DNA of 64,000 nt from positions 174,966,001 to 175,030,000 of the forward strand of contig NC_058368.1 in the NCBI RefSeq assembly GCF_018350175.1. Direction: 5' to 3'. Shown here one piece after another: positions 14,003-25,534 of the stretch. Each line of letters starts with the position of its first letter. Positions within the stretch are counted from its first letter, which is position 1. A model generated the notes under the pieces. The model saw only the letters and a list, made by a program, of their open reading frames with translations, was not told where the DNA came from and searched no databases. The position numbers and the translations under genes were made by a program. Origin of the DNA: Felis catus (Eukaryota).

Positions 14003-14048
<46 letters not shown>

Positions 14049-14066
14049 AAAAGAAAGAAAGAAAGG
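13412..14066. repeat. 655-nt pure-purine compound microsatellite (GAAA/GGAA/GA)
   Basis: No C or T on the + strand between 13412 and 14066. Confidence 0.97.
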
Positions 14067-14068
14067 CA

Positions 14069-14258
14069 GGCATGCCTGGGTGGTTCAGTTGGTTAAGTGT
14101 CTGACTCTTAATTTCAGCTCAGCTCAGGTCATGATCTCACGATTGTGCAATGGAGCCCCACGTTGGGCTCTGTGCTGTCAGGCATCCTGCTTGGGATTCT
14201 CTCATTCTTTCTCTGCCCCCTCACTCTCAAGATAAATAAATATTAAAAAAAATTAAAA
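14069..14258 (+). mobile_element. Older CanSINE inserted in L1 ORF2
   Basis: gcctgggtggttcagttggttaagtgtctgactctt...cctgcttgggattctct...aataaataaa. Confidence 0.9.
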
Positions 14259-15978
14259 GCAAGAAAATTATAATTCCCCATAAATATAGACACCGAAATC
14301 TAACAAAATGATAATAAACCGAATCTAGCAATATATAAAAATGATAATACATTGTGACCAAGTAGCCTTTATCCACAAAATGAAAGTTTGGTTTTAATAT
14401 TTGAAAATCGATCTTTAAATGTAATTCAGCAAAGTAAGGGAATACAGGAGAAAAACCATGTCATGATTTCAGTAGATGCAAATAAAGCATTTGAAAAAAA
14501 AATCCACCCATTCCAGATAAAAACTCATAGTAAACTAGAAATAGCAGGGAACTTTCTCAAACTGCTAAAAAGCATCTACAAAAAAAGCCTATAGCTAATA
14601 CCGTACCTAATGATGGAAGATTCAATTGTTTTCCCTTGAGATCTGGAACAAGGCAGAGATGCCTGCCTTCACCGCTTCTGTTCAACATTGTTCTAGAGGC
14701 TCTGACCACTGCAATAAGGCAAGAAAAAGAAACAAAAGGCATTAAATTCAGAAAGGAAAACATAACTCTCCCTACTTGCAGGTGCTATGATAATTTGCGG
14801 AGAAAAATCCAGGGGTGTCTAAAATACGACTCTGAGAACTATTAAGTGAATTTAGCAGGGTTGCAGCATACAAGGTTAGTATACAAAAATTAATTGTATT
14901 CTTATATACTAGCATCAAACAATGGATGAAATTAAGGATGCGATCTCACGTATAAGAAGCAACAAAAAAGTACTGGAAAATCTAACATAAGACATCCGGG
15001 ACTTCTGTACTGAAAACGACAAAGCTTTGCTGAGAGAAATTGAGAAAAACTTAAATAAGTGGGAACATGCAATGTTTACCGTCTGCAAGCCTCAATATTA
15101 ATTAAGATGGCCCTTTTCCCTAGCGTGGGCTCTGCAAAATCCCAATAAAAATTCCAGAAGTTTCATGGTGGAAATTGACAAATTCTAGCATTTATGCAGA
15201 AAGGCAAAGGGCGCGGAATAACAGACACAGGTTTTTAAGAAGAGCTGGATAACTTACCCTGTTTGCTTTCGAGACTTATTACGAAGTTACAGCAATCAAG
15301 ATAGTTTTGGTATTAGTCAAAATATAAGCATATAGATCAATGGAACAGATTAGAGAGCCCATAAATAGACCCACATGTCTTTGGTCAATTGTTTTGACAT
15401 GGGTGCCAAGGCAATTTTGCAAGGGAAGAAAAGTCTTTTCAACAAATGGCACTAGATGTCCATGTGGGGGAAAAGCGAACACTGACACTTAACCCAGCCA
15501 TACATGAAAAATTGATTCAAAATGGATTACAGAACCAAATGTAAAACTTGAAATCATGAAGCCTCTACAGGAAACCATAAATATTTTTGCAGCCCTAAGG
15601 TAGGCAAAGGTTCCTGAGTTCGAACACAACACATACAAACCATAAAAGAAATTAAAAAAAAAAGCCACCAAGTTAGGCATTGATTAAAATAAGAACCTTT
15701 TGTTCTTTGAAGAACATGATGAAGAAAGTACAAAGACAAGTCACAGAGGAAGAGGGGAAATGTTTACAACGTACATGTCAGAAAGGAGATGTGGATTTAG
15801 AATAAAAACCAACTCTGACAACTCAGGAGTAAGGAAACAAACAACCCAGTGTGAAAATGGGCAAAAGATCTGACAGAGTCGTCTCAAAACAAGAAAAGAG
15901 AAAGAAGTCCTGGGCGGGGGGGCATGCAAATGAAATGACAGTGAGATACCCCTGGATCCCCAGGAGAATGGCTGAAAT

Positions 15979-16187
15979 CAGTGATAAACGTTTAACAATT
16001 ACCTGTGGGTGGGGTAGGGGTGCAGAAGGCCTAATTGGGAGTGCTTGTCGATTCCAATGCTGTAAGGACTCCCCCCACGGTCAATTTTAAGCTAACCACA
16101 AGCAGCCGTCACTGAACCCGGAGTCGGGAAGATAGGCATACCACTGGTTCCCACAAGCTGGTGCAAACCGGCTTTAGCACCCCCCTG
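15979..16187 (-). mobile_element. hAT-Blackjack MITE (MER63-like) inserted in the L1
   Basis: cagtg...taaacgtttaacaa...tcactgaacccggagtcgggaaga...aaccggctttagcaccccctg; 8-bp TSD gctgaaat (15971-15978) / gctaaaat (16188-16195). Confidence 0.8.
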
Positions 16188-16806
16188 GCTAAAATGCTTA
16201 AAACTGACCATCCTAAGTGTGGGTGGGGTTGCGGGCCAGCTGAAACTCTCATGCCCTGCTGTTGCGCATGTGAGATGGTAAAGCCACTCAACGAAAATGG
16301 TTTTGCGGCTCTTTAAAGGGCTAAACGCCACTTGCGATTAAACGTCACACTCATTCAACAGCCAAGCACACCCAAGTGCACAGCAGCTTGGTTTTGGAAT
16401 AGCCCCAAATTGGAAACCACCCAAATTGTCCATCAGCAGATGACGGACTGTGGCATATTTATACTGTGGAATATTAATCGGCAACAGAAAGGAATGAACT
16501 GTTGCTACGTGAACCATATGGATGAATCTTAAAATTATAGTGGGTGAAAGAAGTCAGACCAAAAAGCATACATGTTGTAGGATTCCATATAAAGCACGTA
16601 AAAAAAAAACCAAAAACAAAAAAACCTCCACCTAATCTACAGTGACAGAAAACACATCAGTAGTTGTCTAGTGAGAGGGTGGAAGGAAGGCTGAATTACC
16701 ATGGGTACAAAGTAATCTCTGATGGTCAAGGAAATGTTTCTAATTCTGATAATGGGGATAGATTCACGGGTGTAAACATATGTCAAAACTGATCAAACTG
16801 TACATT

Positions 16807-17023
16807 AAAAAAATTTTTTTTATGTTTATTCATTTTTTTGAGAGACAGACTGAGAGTACGAGCAGGGGAGGGGCAGAGAGAGAAGGAGACCCAGAGTCCG
16901 AAGCAGGCTCCAGGCTCTGAGCTGTCAGCACAGAGCCTGATGCGGGGCTCGAACTCACGAACCGTGAGATCATGACCTGAGCCGAAGTCGGACGCTCAAC
17001 CAGCTGAGCCACCCAGGCGCCCC
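16807..17023 (-). mobile_element. Felid CanSINE inside the L1 3' UTR
   Basis: TSD tcaaactgtacatt / tcaaactgcacatt. Confidence 0.96.
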
Positions 17024-17507
17024 TCAAACTGCACATTTTAAACATGTGCTATTCCGTGTACGTCAGTTATATCTCAGTAGAAGTTGAAAAAAATCTTTTA
17101 CAAGTTCAGCCTTCAGACGTGATCCCAAAGCTTGGGGATGGGGAAACCGAGGGGGGAGCTGGGTTTGCCATTTAACAAGCTCCTCCAATGATTCTGCTAA
17201 AGCATGAGACCTACTGAAGAAGAGCCGCCGCCATGTTTGGAAGAAGTTTAATTCTCAGGATGGATAAAGGCCGGTGCGTTTTTACGCATCAAAATGGAGC
17301 CCGAGTTGCTGTAAAACCCTGGCACTTTCCAGCTGTGCTGGCTTGTGCCAGGTGCTGTCCTGTGCACGGAGATTTGCCTGACATCGGCCCGCTGGGAGGT
17401 GGCAAGGATGCGGTGACTGACTCTCAGTGCAGCTGGCGACCCCAGGACTAGGTTCAAATCTCCGCTCCACCTTTTCCTAGTTGGGTGACCTGTGCACACA
17501 TCTGTGT

Positions 17508-17785
17508 CTGTCAGTTATCTCCCGTTGTGCATCCAAGGCACTCCAGGAAATCGTAGCTTAAAGCAATTGCAATCAGGGTTTGCTCATGATTTCCTGCAAT
17601 TGGGGCAGGGCTCAGTGGGGATGACTAGGTTTTGCTCCACGTCTGGGTCAGCTGGGGTGCTCCAGGGGGCTGAACGATCTAGCTCCGGGCCACTTGGATG
17701 CCGGCATCCCCTGGGAGCTTACCCAGCTGTAGGCTGAGGCCCCTGCCCCTCTCCCTATAGATCTTTCCATGCGCTGCTCTTTGGC
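17508..17785 (-). mobile_element. MaLR LTR fragment (old MLT1)
   Basis: gcttaaagcaa...tttgctcatgatt...gggcagggctcagtggggatgact...tttgctccac...tcagctggg. Confidence 0.7.
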
Positions 17786-17791
17786 GCTTTC

Positions 17792-18025
17792 TTTTTTTTT
17801 TTTTTTTTAATTTTTTTTTTTCAACGTTTATTTATTTTTGGGACAGAGAGAGACAGAGCATGAACGGGGGAGGGGCAGAGAGAGAGGGAGACACAGAATG
17901 GGAAACAGGCTCCAGGCTCCGAGCCATCAGCCCAGAGCCCGACGCGGGGCTCGAACTCACGGACCGCGAGATGGTGACCTGGCTGAAGGCGGACGCTTAA
18001 CCGACTGCGCCACCCAGGCGCCCCC
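17792..18025 (-). mobile_element. Young felid CanSINE without TSD
   Basis: Young-type diagnostics tttttgggacag, gccatcagccc, ctggctgaag, gactgcgccacc. Confidence 0.96.
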
Positions 18026-18029
18026 CGAC

Positions 18030-18915
18030 ACGGTATTATTATCTAATATTGATGCCATACCCTCACCTAATACACGGTCTACGTTCAGGCTTCACAATTT
18101 GTTCTGGTAACGTCTTCTGTGGCACCGTTTTCTCCCGACCCAGGACACAGTCCAGAGGCACGGACTGTGTTTGTCTTGTCTTCTCATTCTCCTTTCCTCT
18201 GGAACAGTTCTTAGCCTTTCTTGGTCTTTCACGACCTTGGCTTTGTTGAAGAGCACAGATCAGTTGTTTTGAGAAGCGATCCCACCCTTTAGATTTGTTT
18301 GCTTGCTTCCTTATGATTAGACTCAGGTCATGCATTTTCGGCAGGAGTGCCATTCGGTGACGTGGTCTCAGTGCACTGTATTGGGAGGCACATGATTATT
18401 ACTGAGGATTCTTATGTGGACCGCTTGTTAAAAGGTCGTATGTTCTGCAGAGTTCTCCATTGTGCGTGTACCGTTTTTTCCTCTTGGCAATCCGTAAACT
18501 CATCTGTAGGGGCATCCTCTGAGACCACGGGAATGTCCTGTTTCTCACCAAATTTTTAGACTACGGTTTTACCATTGAGAGTCATGCCTGGGTCAAGTAT
18601 TGTTAAGGGAATTGCCAAAATAATATGTTTCTCCTTGTTTTCTTCTATATTTAGTAGTTGGTATGCTACTGCGAGGAAAAGCTTTCTTTTTCTTTGCACA
18701 CTTATGTAGTTGTTTGTTTGAATCAATATGAACTCACGGATGTCGTTCAAGGTGCTATCATCCATTACTGTCATTATTCATTTTGACGTTGTAATTGATC
18801 CAGATCAGACCAGTGGGGAGTCGGTTAAGCCGTCTCGAGGTTCTCTTGATGTGGCCCTATCAATCTTCGAGCTTTTCTTATTTCCTGGCATGATAAGATG
18901 CTCCAGGTTTATCTT
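18030..18915 (-). mobile_element. L1MC4/L1MC5-like 3' UTR fragment
   Basis: tctggaacagttcttagcct...tttcacgaccttgg...ttgaagagcacag...cttatgattagactcaggtcatgcattttcggcagga...ataagatgctccagg. Confidence 0.8.
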
Positions 18916-18960
18916 AATTTGTTTATGTGTTTATTTATTTATTTATTTAAACATTTTTTT

Positions 18961-19190
18961 GGGACGCCTGGGTGGCGCAGTCGGTTAAGCGTCCGACTTC
19001 AGCCAGGTCACGATCTCGCGGTCCGGGAGTTCGAGCCCCGCGTCAGGCTCAGGGCTGATGGCTCAGAGCCTGGAGCCTGCTTCCGATTCTGTGTCTCCCT
19101 CTCTCTCTGCCCCTCGCCCGTTCATGCTCTGTCTCTCTCTGTCTCAAAAATAAATAAACGTTAAAAAAATTTTTTTTAAATAAAAAAAAT
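18961..19190 (+). mobile_element. Young felid CanSINE inserted in the tail of an oppositely oriented SINE
   Basis: Head gggacgcctgggtggcgcagtcgg; A tail abuts the next element. Confidence 0.95.
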
Positions 19191-19403
19191 TTTTTATAAC
19201 GTTTTATTTATTATTGAGAGACAGAGAGACACAGAGAGTGAGCAGGGGAGGAGCAGAGAGAGGGGGAGACGCAGAATCCGAAGCAGGCTCCAGGCTCCGA
19301 GCCATCAGCGCAGAGCCGGACGCGGGGCTCGAACTCGCAAACCACGAGATCGTGACCTGAGCCGAAGTTGGAGGCTTAACTGACTGAGCCGCCCAGGAGC
19401 CCC
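19191..19403 (-). mobile_element. Felid CanSINE
   Basis: Full reverse-complement SINE ending gcccaggagcccc. Confidence 0.95.
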
Positions 19404-19851
19404 TGTTTATTTACTTAAATGTTTATTAGCTGCCCCTGTCTCCCCGCCCCCCCCCACTAGAACATAAGCTCTCTCTCTTTACCACATTCTAAGCACTTAA
19501 ATCCTCAGGTATAAATTGGTCGCGAGAAGTCCTAGTAATATACTTCTAGAACTAATACGGATTATTCAGCATGAACAGCAGGAAGGCTTGAGTTTCATGC
19601 ATTTGCATCATCACAGTAGAGCATGGGGCCAGTGGGGTGGCATAAATGGTTAAGAACCATTATGGGCCATGGCGGTAGACCTTCCCAGGTTCCTCCTTCA
19701 TTCCTTCACAAGCTTCATTACCTCCTGGCGAATGTAAGACGCACTGTTGACCTTGGACTCGTCGCTTCTCTCTGAGCCTCAGTTCCATCGTTCTCAAATT
19801 GGGCTGTCACTAATCGTACCTCGTCACATGGGTTTTTTTCTAATCAAAAAA

Positions 19852-19935
19852 AAATTTTTTTTTTTCAGGAGTAGAGTTTAGCGATCCATCACTTACATAT
19901 AACGCTCGGTGCTCATCCCAACAAGTGTTCTCCTT
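19852..19935 (-). mobile_element. Carnivore L1 extreme 3' end
   Basis: tttcaggagtagagtttagcgatccatcacttacatataacgctcggtgctcatcccaacaagtg. Confidence 0.75.
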
Positions 19936-20289
19936 CGTGGCTTTTCTCGTTTAGTGAAGGGTGAGATCTGGCCCAGGTGAAGCAAGGCCCTTTCACACCT
20001 GGCCTGGCCGTGCAGACATCCCTCCCCCGACAGCACAGTGTAGGCAGGGGGCGTCACTGCTCATTGGGCAGCGGGAAGTGCCCAGTGCCTGACAAAAGAG
20101 TGATAGTGTTTTCATTACCAGAGGCTCATCATAAGCCACAGACCGAGAAAGACGAGCAGAACAGTGGTTAGACCCGAGTCACGGGTCAGTGACTCGAACC
20201 CGAGTTAGACCTGGTTTTTCATCTGGGGTGGGAGGTCTTGGGTCAATTACCTGACCTCGCTGGGTTTTCGTTTAGCTATAAAACTTCAA

Positions 20290-20630
20290 GGCGTTTGCAC
20301 TGGCTGTTCCCTCTGCCTGTAATGCTTTTCCCCCCAACCCACATAATTAGCCGCGTTATCGCCCTCATATCTTTAGGCCAATCCTTGAGGCCTACCTTGA
20401 TCAACCTTACATGAAAATGAAATCTATCCCCTTTTCCGCGCTCTATTCTTCCCAAGGCATGTATCACCATCTAACGCTGTATCATGTATTATTTTCATTG
20501 TTCGTTGCCTCTCCCACCTCCCGGGAATGTCACCTCGACAAGAGCAAGGGTTTTGTTCTGTCCGGGTCGTAGCTGCCTGGCCAGCACTGAGAAAAGTGCC
20601 TGGAAACAGTAGTATCTTGGGAAATATTCC
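20290..20630 (+). mobile_element. L2 3' fragment
   Basis: tttgcactggctgttccctctgcctgtaatgctttt...gaatgtcacctcgacaagagcaaggg...aaagtgcctggaaacagtag. Confidence 0.75.
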
Positions 20631-20799
20631 TGGTTGTTGTCACTGTAAACAAATCACAGGGCTGCGCTAAATTTTTAGGAAATGCTCAAAACAAGCAATG
20701 TTATCAAGTCATGTTTAAGACCCTCTGGAATTTGATCATGGTTTTAATGCTAAATTCCTACCATTTTTTTCCTGTTAGCCTAAGGCCTCCAAATATGCC

Positions 20800-21140
20800 T
20801 AGGATTTTCCAATGTGACCAGCCGCTCCCAGTCACCTGGGAGCTCATAGAAATACAGAATTTATGGGCGCCTGGGTAGCTCAGATGGTTAAGCGTCCGAC
20901 TTCAACTCTGGTCATGATCTCGAGGTTCGTAAGTTCAAGCCCCCAATCGGGCTCTCTGCTGTGAGCGCGAGGCCCGGTACGGGTCCTCTGCCCCCCTCTC
21001 TCTCTGCCCCTCCCCTGCTCTCTCTCTCAAAATAAAATAAACATTAAAAAAAAGACACAGAATCTAGGGCCAACCTGACTGAGCATAAGCAGTGGAACAA
21101 AACCGGCAGGTGATTATCGTGCATGGCCAAGTTGGAGACA
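20800..21140. mobile_element. MER5-like hAT MITE split by a SINE
   Basis: agtcacctgggagctcatagaaatacagaat...caggtgattatcgtgcatggccaagttggaga. Confidence 0.55.
20865..21053 (+). mobile_element. CanSINE
   Basis: gggcgcctgggtagctcag head; degenerate TSD aaatacagaattta / agacacagaatcta. Confidence 0.93.
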
Positions 21141-21739
21141 TGCTAACTCACACAGCTTTCTTTTTTTCCCCCCGGAATCTCTCTTCCAACTTTCCAAATC
21201 TTTATTCACTGTTCCCTCCCCAGCTTCCAACTTGACTCAAAGGCTCTTTGCTCTGAGGGAGCTTCCCACATTCCTCTGTCCTTTCTAGAAGATATCTGTC
21301 TACATACTTGGTCTCCTTGTGGCTCCCTTCATCAAAAGGTAAGCTTTTTGAAGGCAGAGCCTTCCCCTACTTATCTCCAGATCCCACTGCCTCCGCCTGC
21401 CTTAACTTAATTAGGATCTGTCCTACGAGCAAATGAATCATTTGATGTCTCTGTCTCCTTTGTTTATTCTAAGGATTTAAAGATGTTTAACACAGCATTA
21501 CTTTCATGGATTCTTAGGTCTTAAACTGCCTGCTTCCTAAGGGCGGGACCATTCGGTCTTACCAGGGACCCAAACCGAATTTTGCTTTATTCAGCGAACA
21601 TCGACTACAGCCCCAGTGCCGGTCCCCAGATAAAGTGGCTGCCAGGGGAATAAACGTGATCGAGACCCAATTTTTGGAAATAAGCCCCCGGTCGTGTGAA
21701 GGGGACACACTCAGAGGGGTCTTCTACGTCACGTCATCC

Positions 21740-22100
21740 AAATCAGTGGAAGACAATTTAAACGTCCTCCTGCAGGAATAAAAAGGCCACGGTGCAATTA
21801 TGGTGTAAAATTCGATGTAGCAGTTTTTGAAGAGAACGAGATAAATAAAGGATTACTACCCGGGAAAAGTCTCCAGGACATGACGAACGAACACAAAACA
21901 TCTTGCGGAATACATGCCATTTGATAACAACGATACCTTAAACATAAGCTGGTTTATATCTAACACGGGCAAAAGGGTTGGAAGGATACAAGCAAATTAA
22001 TAACAGCGACCAAAGGCGACGTCAGCCTTATCTGCGTGTTTTTAACTACAGAGAACGCACGTGTGTCCCATTTGTGAAATTATAAAATTCATGATAATTT
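21740..22100 (+). mobile_element. Very old L1 (L1ME-like) 3' fragment
   Basis: ggaagacaatttaaacgtcc...gggaaaagtctccaggacat...ggttggaaggatacaagcaaattaataacag. Confidence 0.5.
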
Positions 22101-22447
22101 TAAAATGTAATAATATTACATTCACATTAACAAAATAAAATGGGGCAAGAACAATCGACGTAACCAGGACTGGGAGGTGGGAAGATAGCAAGGGCTTTGG
22201 ACGCTACCTGCAGCCAAGTCACCCATTTTACGGATGGCTCATCTGAGGCCCAGCAGAAGTTAAGTGACTTGTTCGAGTCCCACGGTTACTAGGTGACGTC
22301 AGTCAACTGGAGCACAGGGTGCTTTGTAGTGAACGTGGAGAGGTCTCCAAGTGCAGGATTAGGAGGATGGCCCCTCTTCCCCACAGGTTAAGGTTAGATG
22401 TGGTCAGCCCCATCTGCCCCAACATGCCTGAGTCTGATCTCCATTAA

Positions 22448-22654
22448 TTTTTTGTTTGTTTGTTTTTAGTTTATTTATTTAGCGAGAGAAACAGAGTGCT
22501 CCAGGAGGGGACGGGCAGAGAGAGAGGGAGGGAGAGAATCCCAAGAGGCTTTGCATTGTCAGCACAGGGCTCTCAATCCCACGAACCACGAGATCATGAC
22601 CTGAGCTGAAATCAGGAGTCGGATGCCTAACCGACTGAGCCAACCAGGAGCCCC
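22448..22654 (-). mobile_element. Older CanSINE
   Basis: gagagaatcccaag and gaaatcaggagtcgg mark an older subfamily. Confidence 0.92.
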
Positions 22655-23399
22655 TCTATCAATTCTCTTTAAAATGAAGACCTTTGTCTCTTGTTCCGTG
22701 CCTCCCTTCCCTAACATGATAGAGCCTTGGAGGTTTTTTCTTTCCCTGAGGGCAACCACCTCCCCCTTGCTCCTTTTTATCTGCTTCCTGAAAACTTAGA
22801 TCTTTGCCTCTGACATCAGCTGCAATGTTACAAAAGGAACTCTACAAATTACTCCTCCTCTCCCAATATTCTGGGCCGTCGCCCAGAGGCCTAGATTCCC
22901 AACTCCCTCTCCCAAGTTCTCCATGTCACCCTGAACCCCTAACCTGGTCATCGCACACGTGGGCAAGACTGGTCTCCTCGGCACGGGTCTGACAGGCTTT
23001 ACCTTCAGGGAGCCGGAGTCTTTTATTTTTTACGCCACTCGCAGACTCCAAGGAAATGGCAAAGATTTCATCGGGAAGGCGAGCAGAGCACATGAAATGA
23101 AACATCAGCCACAACACAGACTTGATTTCAAAAGTGTCTACATGTCCGTTTCACCACTGTAGAGCGGAAGACTGCTTCCTGGGTAACAAACGTGCAGAAG
23201 CGATAGAACTACAGCAAGATGATGAGTATGACCTGGCTCGCAGAGTGAGTGTTGAAGACGAGGCTCTGAAACACACAAAGCATGGTCTGCCGAGGTGCCC
23301 TGGGTATATGCTGAAATGAATCGCAGTGGATTGAACGGAAGGAAGTTTTAGGGTTTCTCTAACCGAGGGCATCTAGCACTGGGAGAAATGATGAAACAT

Positions 23400-23760
23400 C
23401 TGAATGCCATTAAAGGCTGAACATGTAAATCAATCCTGCATTGCGCGTTTATGACCAACAGTGAGCGCAGCAGACACGGGAGAACGAGATCTGGAAACGG
23501 CATCTCTGGTTCTGTCTGGCCAAATTTGCCAAGCATAATAGATTAGGAGCCATTATGGGTGTACCCAAGTAATTGCACTTAATTGTTTGTGCAAATCAGA
23601 TGATCTATCAGCAACAAGCCCAATTAATTAAATGTAGACACACGAGTCAGATTGAGAGGGAAGGAGGAGGGCTGGGTTTGTTTCAGAATTCAGCCTGTGT
23701 TGTTTTACTTTATTTTGGAACGCCATAGAGACAACACGCCTAATAACAGCAGCTTGTGTG
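23400..23760. promoter_or_regulatory. Candidate developmental enhancer (repeat-free, TAAT-dense)
   Basis: Clustered taattg, ttaattg, caattaattaa, ccatta and E-box cagatg. Motif evidence only. Confidence 0.4.
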
Positions 23761-24058
23761 GAACATTCCATCAAGACATGGTGGGGGATATTTGCCAGAC
23801 TTCCTGGGACCCTGTCAGAGCGCTAAGGTTCACAATGCTGGAGAGGGAACAGGAGAGGAAAGAAACTCTCTTAGCAGGAGCAGTGCTGGTCTTCACCAGC
23901 ACGGCCGAGGAGACAGAAGGCAGGTGGAGGACAGGTCTGGGGTGATTTGAAAATCAAGTGAAAATCAAGTACAAGGCATTCCTAAAGTGGAATTTTATCT
24001 AGTCTTTATCTAGAAGACCTCAAATCCCATTATGCAGGGCCGAAGGAATGGATAATTT

Positions 24059-24282
24059 ATTTATTTATTTTTTAAATTTTTTTTTTTTAACGTTTATTTT
24101 TGAGACAGAGAGAGACAGAGCATGAGCGGGGGAGGGTCAGAGGGAGGGACACAGAATCCGAAACAGGCTTGAGGCTCTAGCTGTCAGCACAGAGCCTGAC
24201 GCGGGGCTCAAACTCACGGACCGCGAGATCATGACCTGAGCCGAAGTCGGCTGCTTAACCGACTGAGCCACCCAGGCGCCCC
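24059..24282 (-). mobile_element. Felid CanSINE
   Basis: Perfect 15-bp TSD aggaatggataattt. Confidence 0.97.
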
Positions 24283-25301
24283 AGGAATGGATAATTTCTA
24301 AAGACAATCCTTCCCACATTTTTGCCCTTCGTGGACACCTTCACAAGTTTTAGAATAGTCCTACTGTTTACACGTTTCCTTTAAATTGGTAAACTGGTTT
24401 CCAAAAGGGCTGTGCCATTTCAGATTACCACCACCATGTCATATGAGTGTTTTCACCAGGATCATCTACCAGATCCACCAGCCCACATAGCAAGAACCCA
24501 TGCGGTGGGTTCCCATCCTTTCGAACCACAGAAGGCGCAATGGCCCTCATTTTCTCTTTGGCCAGTTTTAAAACACCCCCCTTCCTTTTCGGCCCATGCA
24601 ACCCGATTTCCCGAATGACAATGACTTGTTATTTGCAAAGTCAGTTTGCAATTTACAAACATCTTCTCCTCTACTGTCCTCCTTATTCATTGCTGAAATT
24701 CAGTTCAGCTCTCTCACCGGAAGCAGAGGAGAGATCGCTAGCGGGAAAGGGGAAACAGAGATAGTGCACGCTTCAGAATACATACATTTTGGATGCCCTG
24801 GCAGGTTTCAAGGTAGATTGGTACAGGCTTTCTCGGTTAAGTCAGGACAAGCAGCCTTTGATGTGAAGGCTTATTTCTGTAATCGCCATTAGAGGCTGCC
24901 TTGATTGCCTCTCGGAACTTTTGCGATTTAACTTAGACTGCAGCAGGTCCCTACCCCGGCCCAGCCTCAGAACTGGTGCTAAAGCCCCCTGCCACAGAGG
25001 CCTGCCTGCGGGTTAGTGATGGGTGCGCATAGAGTGCTTTAAGGTCTATCGGTAAAAGGTGGGAGATTTCTCAGTTATATTGGCCCAATGTGTCCAGTGA
25101 TAGAACAAAGGCAACCCAATCAGAGCGGATGGAGGCAGTAAAAAGCTGGACGGGGTGGGAGCAGAGAGAGTAACATTGTCAAAGACCACATGGGGGATAA
25201 AGATCCCTTTGACACCCATTTCCATATGTTCTGCCCGCTCCCAACCCGGAAACAACTTCTTCCCTAGTTCCCAAATGAGTTTGGGCCTAGAACCCATTTC
25301 C

Positions 25302-25534
25302 TTTCTTTTTTCTTTTTTTTCCTTTATTATTTTTTTTTAATGATTATTTATTTCTGAGAGACAGAGTGTGAGCAGGGGAGGGGCAGAGAGAGAGGGAGAC
25401 ACCGAATCCGAAGCAGGCTCCAGGCTCCGAGCCGTCAGCGCAGAGCCCGACGCGGGGCTCAAGCCCATGAACCGCGAGATCGTGACCTGAGCCTTACATC
25501 GGACGCTCAACCGACTGAGCCACCCAGGCGCCCC
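25302..25534 (-). mobile_element. Felid CanSINE
   Basis: TSD gaacccatttcct / gaacgcattttct. Confidence 0.95.

Larger units (their letters stand above)
12482..17094 (+). mobile_element. Decayed, 5'-truncated old L1 (L1M-type): most of ORF2 plus 3' UTR, with nested insertions
   Basis: 12482 translates STHGTFVKIGHVLGHTTSLSK (end of L1 endonuclease). 14388-14845 gives KNHVMISVDANKAFEK and [31 protein letters not shown] (L1 RT). L1M 3' UTR ends ...tcagttatatctcagtagaagttgaaaaaaa. Many stops and frameshifts. Confidence 0.93.

Noticed and set aside
13327..14073. 248-aa minus-strand ORF (F/L/S/P-rich), the longest in the track
   Set aside because: It is the translation of the stop-free pyrimidine strand of the microsatellite.
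14388..14845. Reverse-transcriptase-like ORFs as a novel RT system
   Set aside because: They are ordinary frameshifted L1 ORF2 remnants.
17838..18110. Recurring peptides such as GQRETEHERGRGRERGRHR and GAWVAQSVKRPTSAQV in many ORFs, suggesting a gene family
   Set aside because: These are translations of CanSINE copies.
23948..23969. Small tandem duplications (tgaaaatcaag x2; ggatcccaaa x2 near 49340) as a repeat-spacer array
   Set aside because: They are isolated two-copy slippage events with no spacers, so not CRISPR-like.
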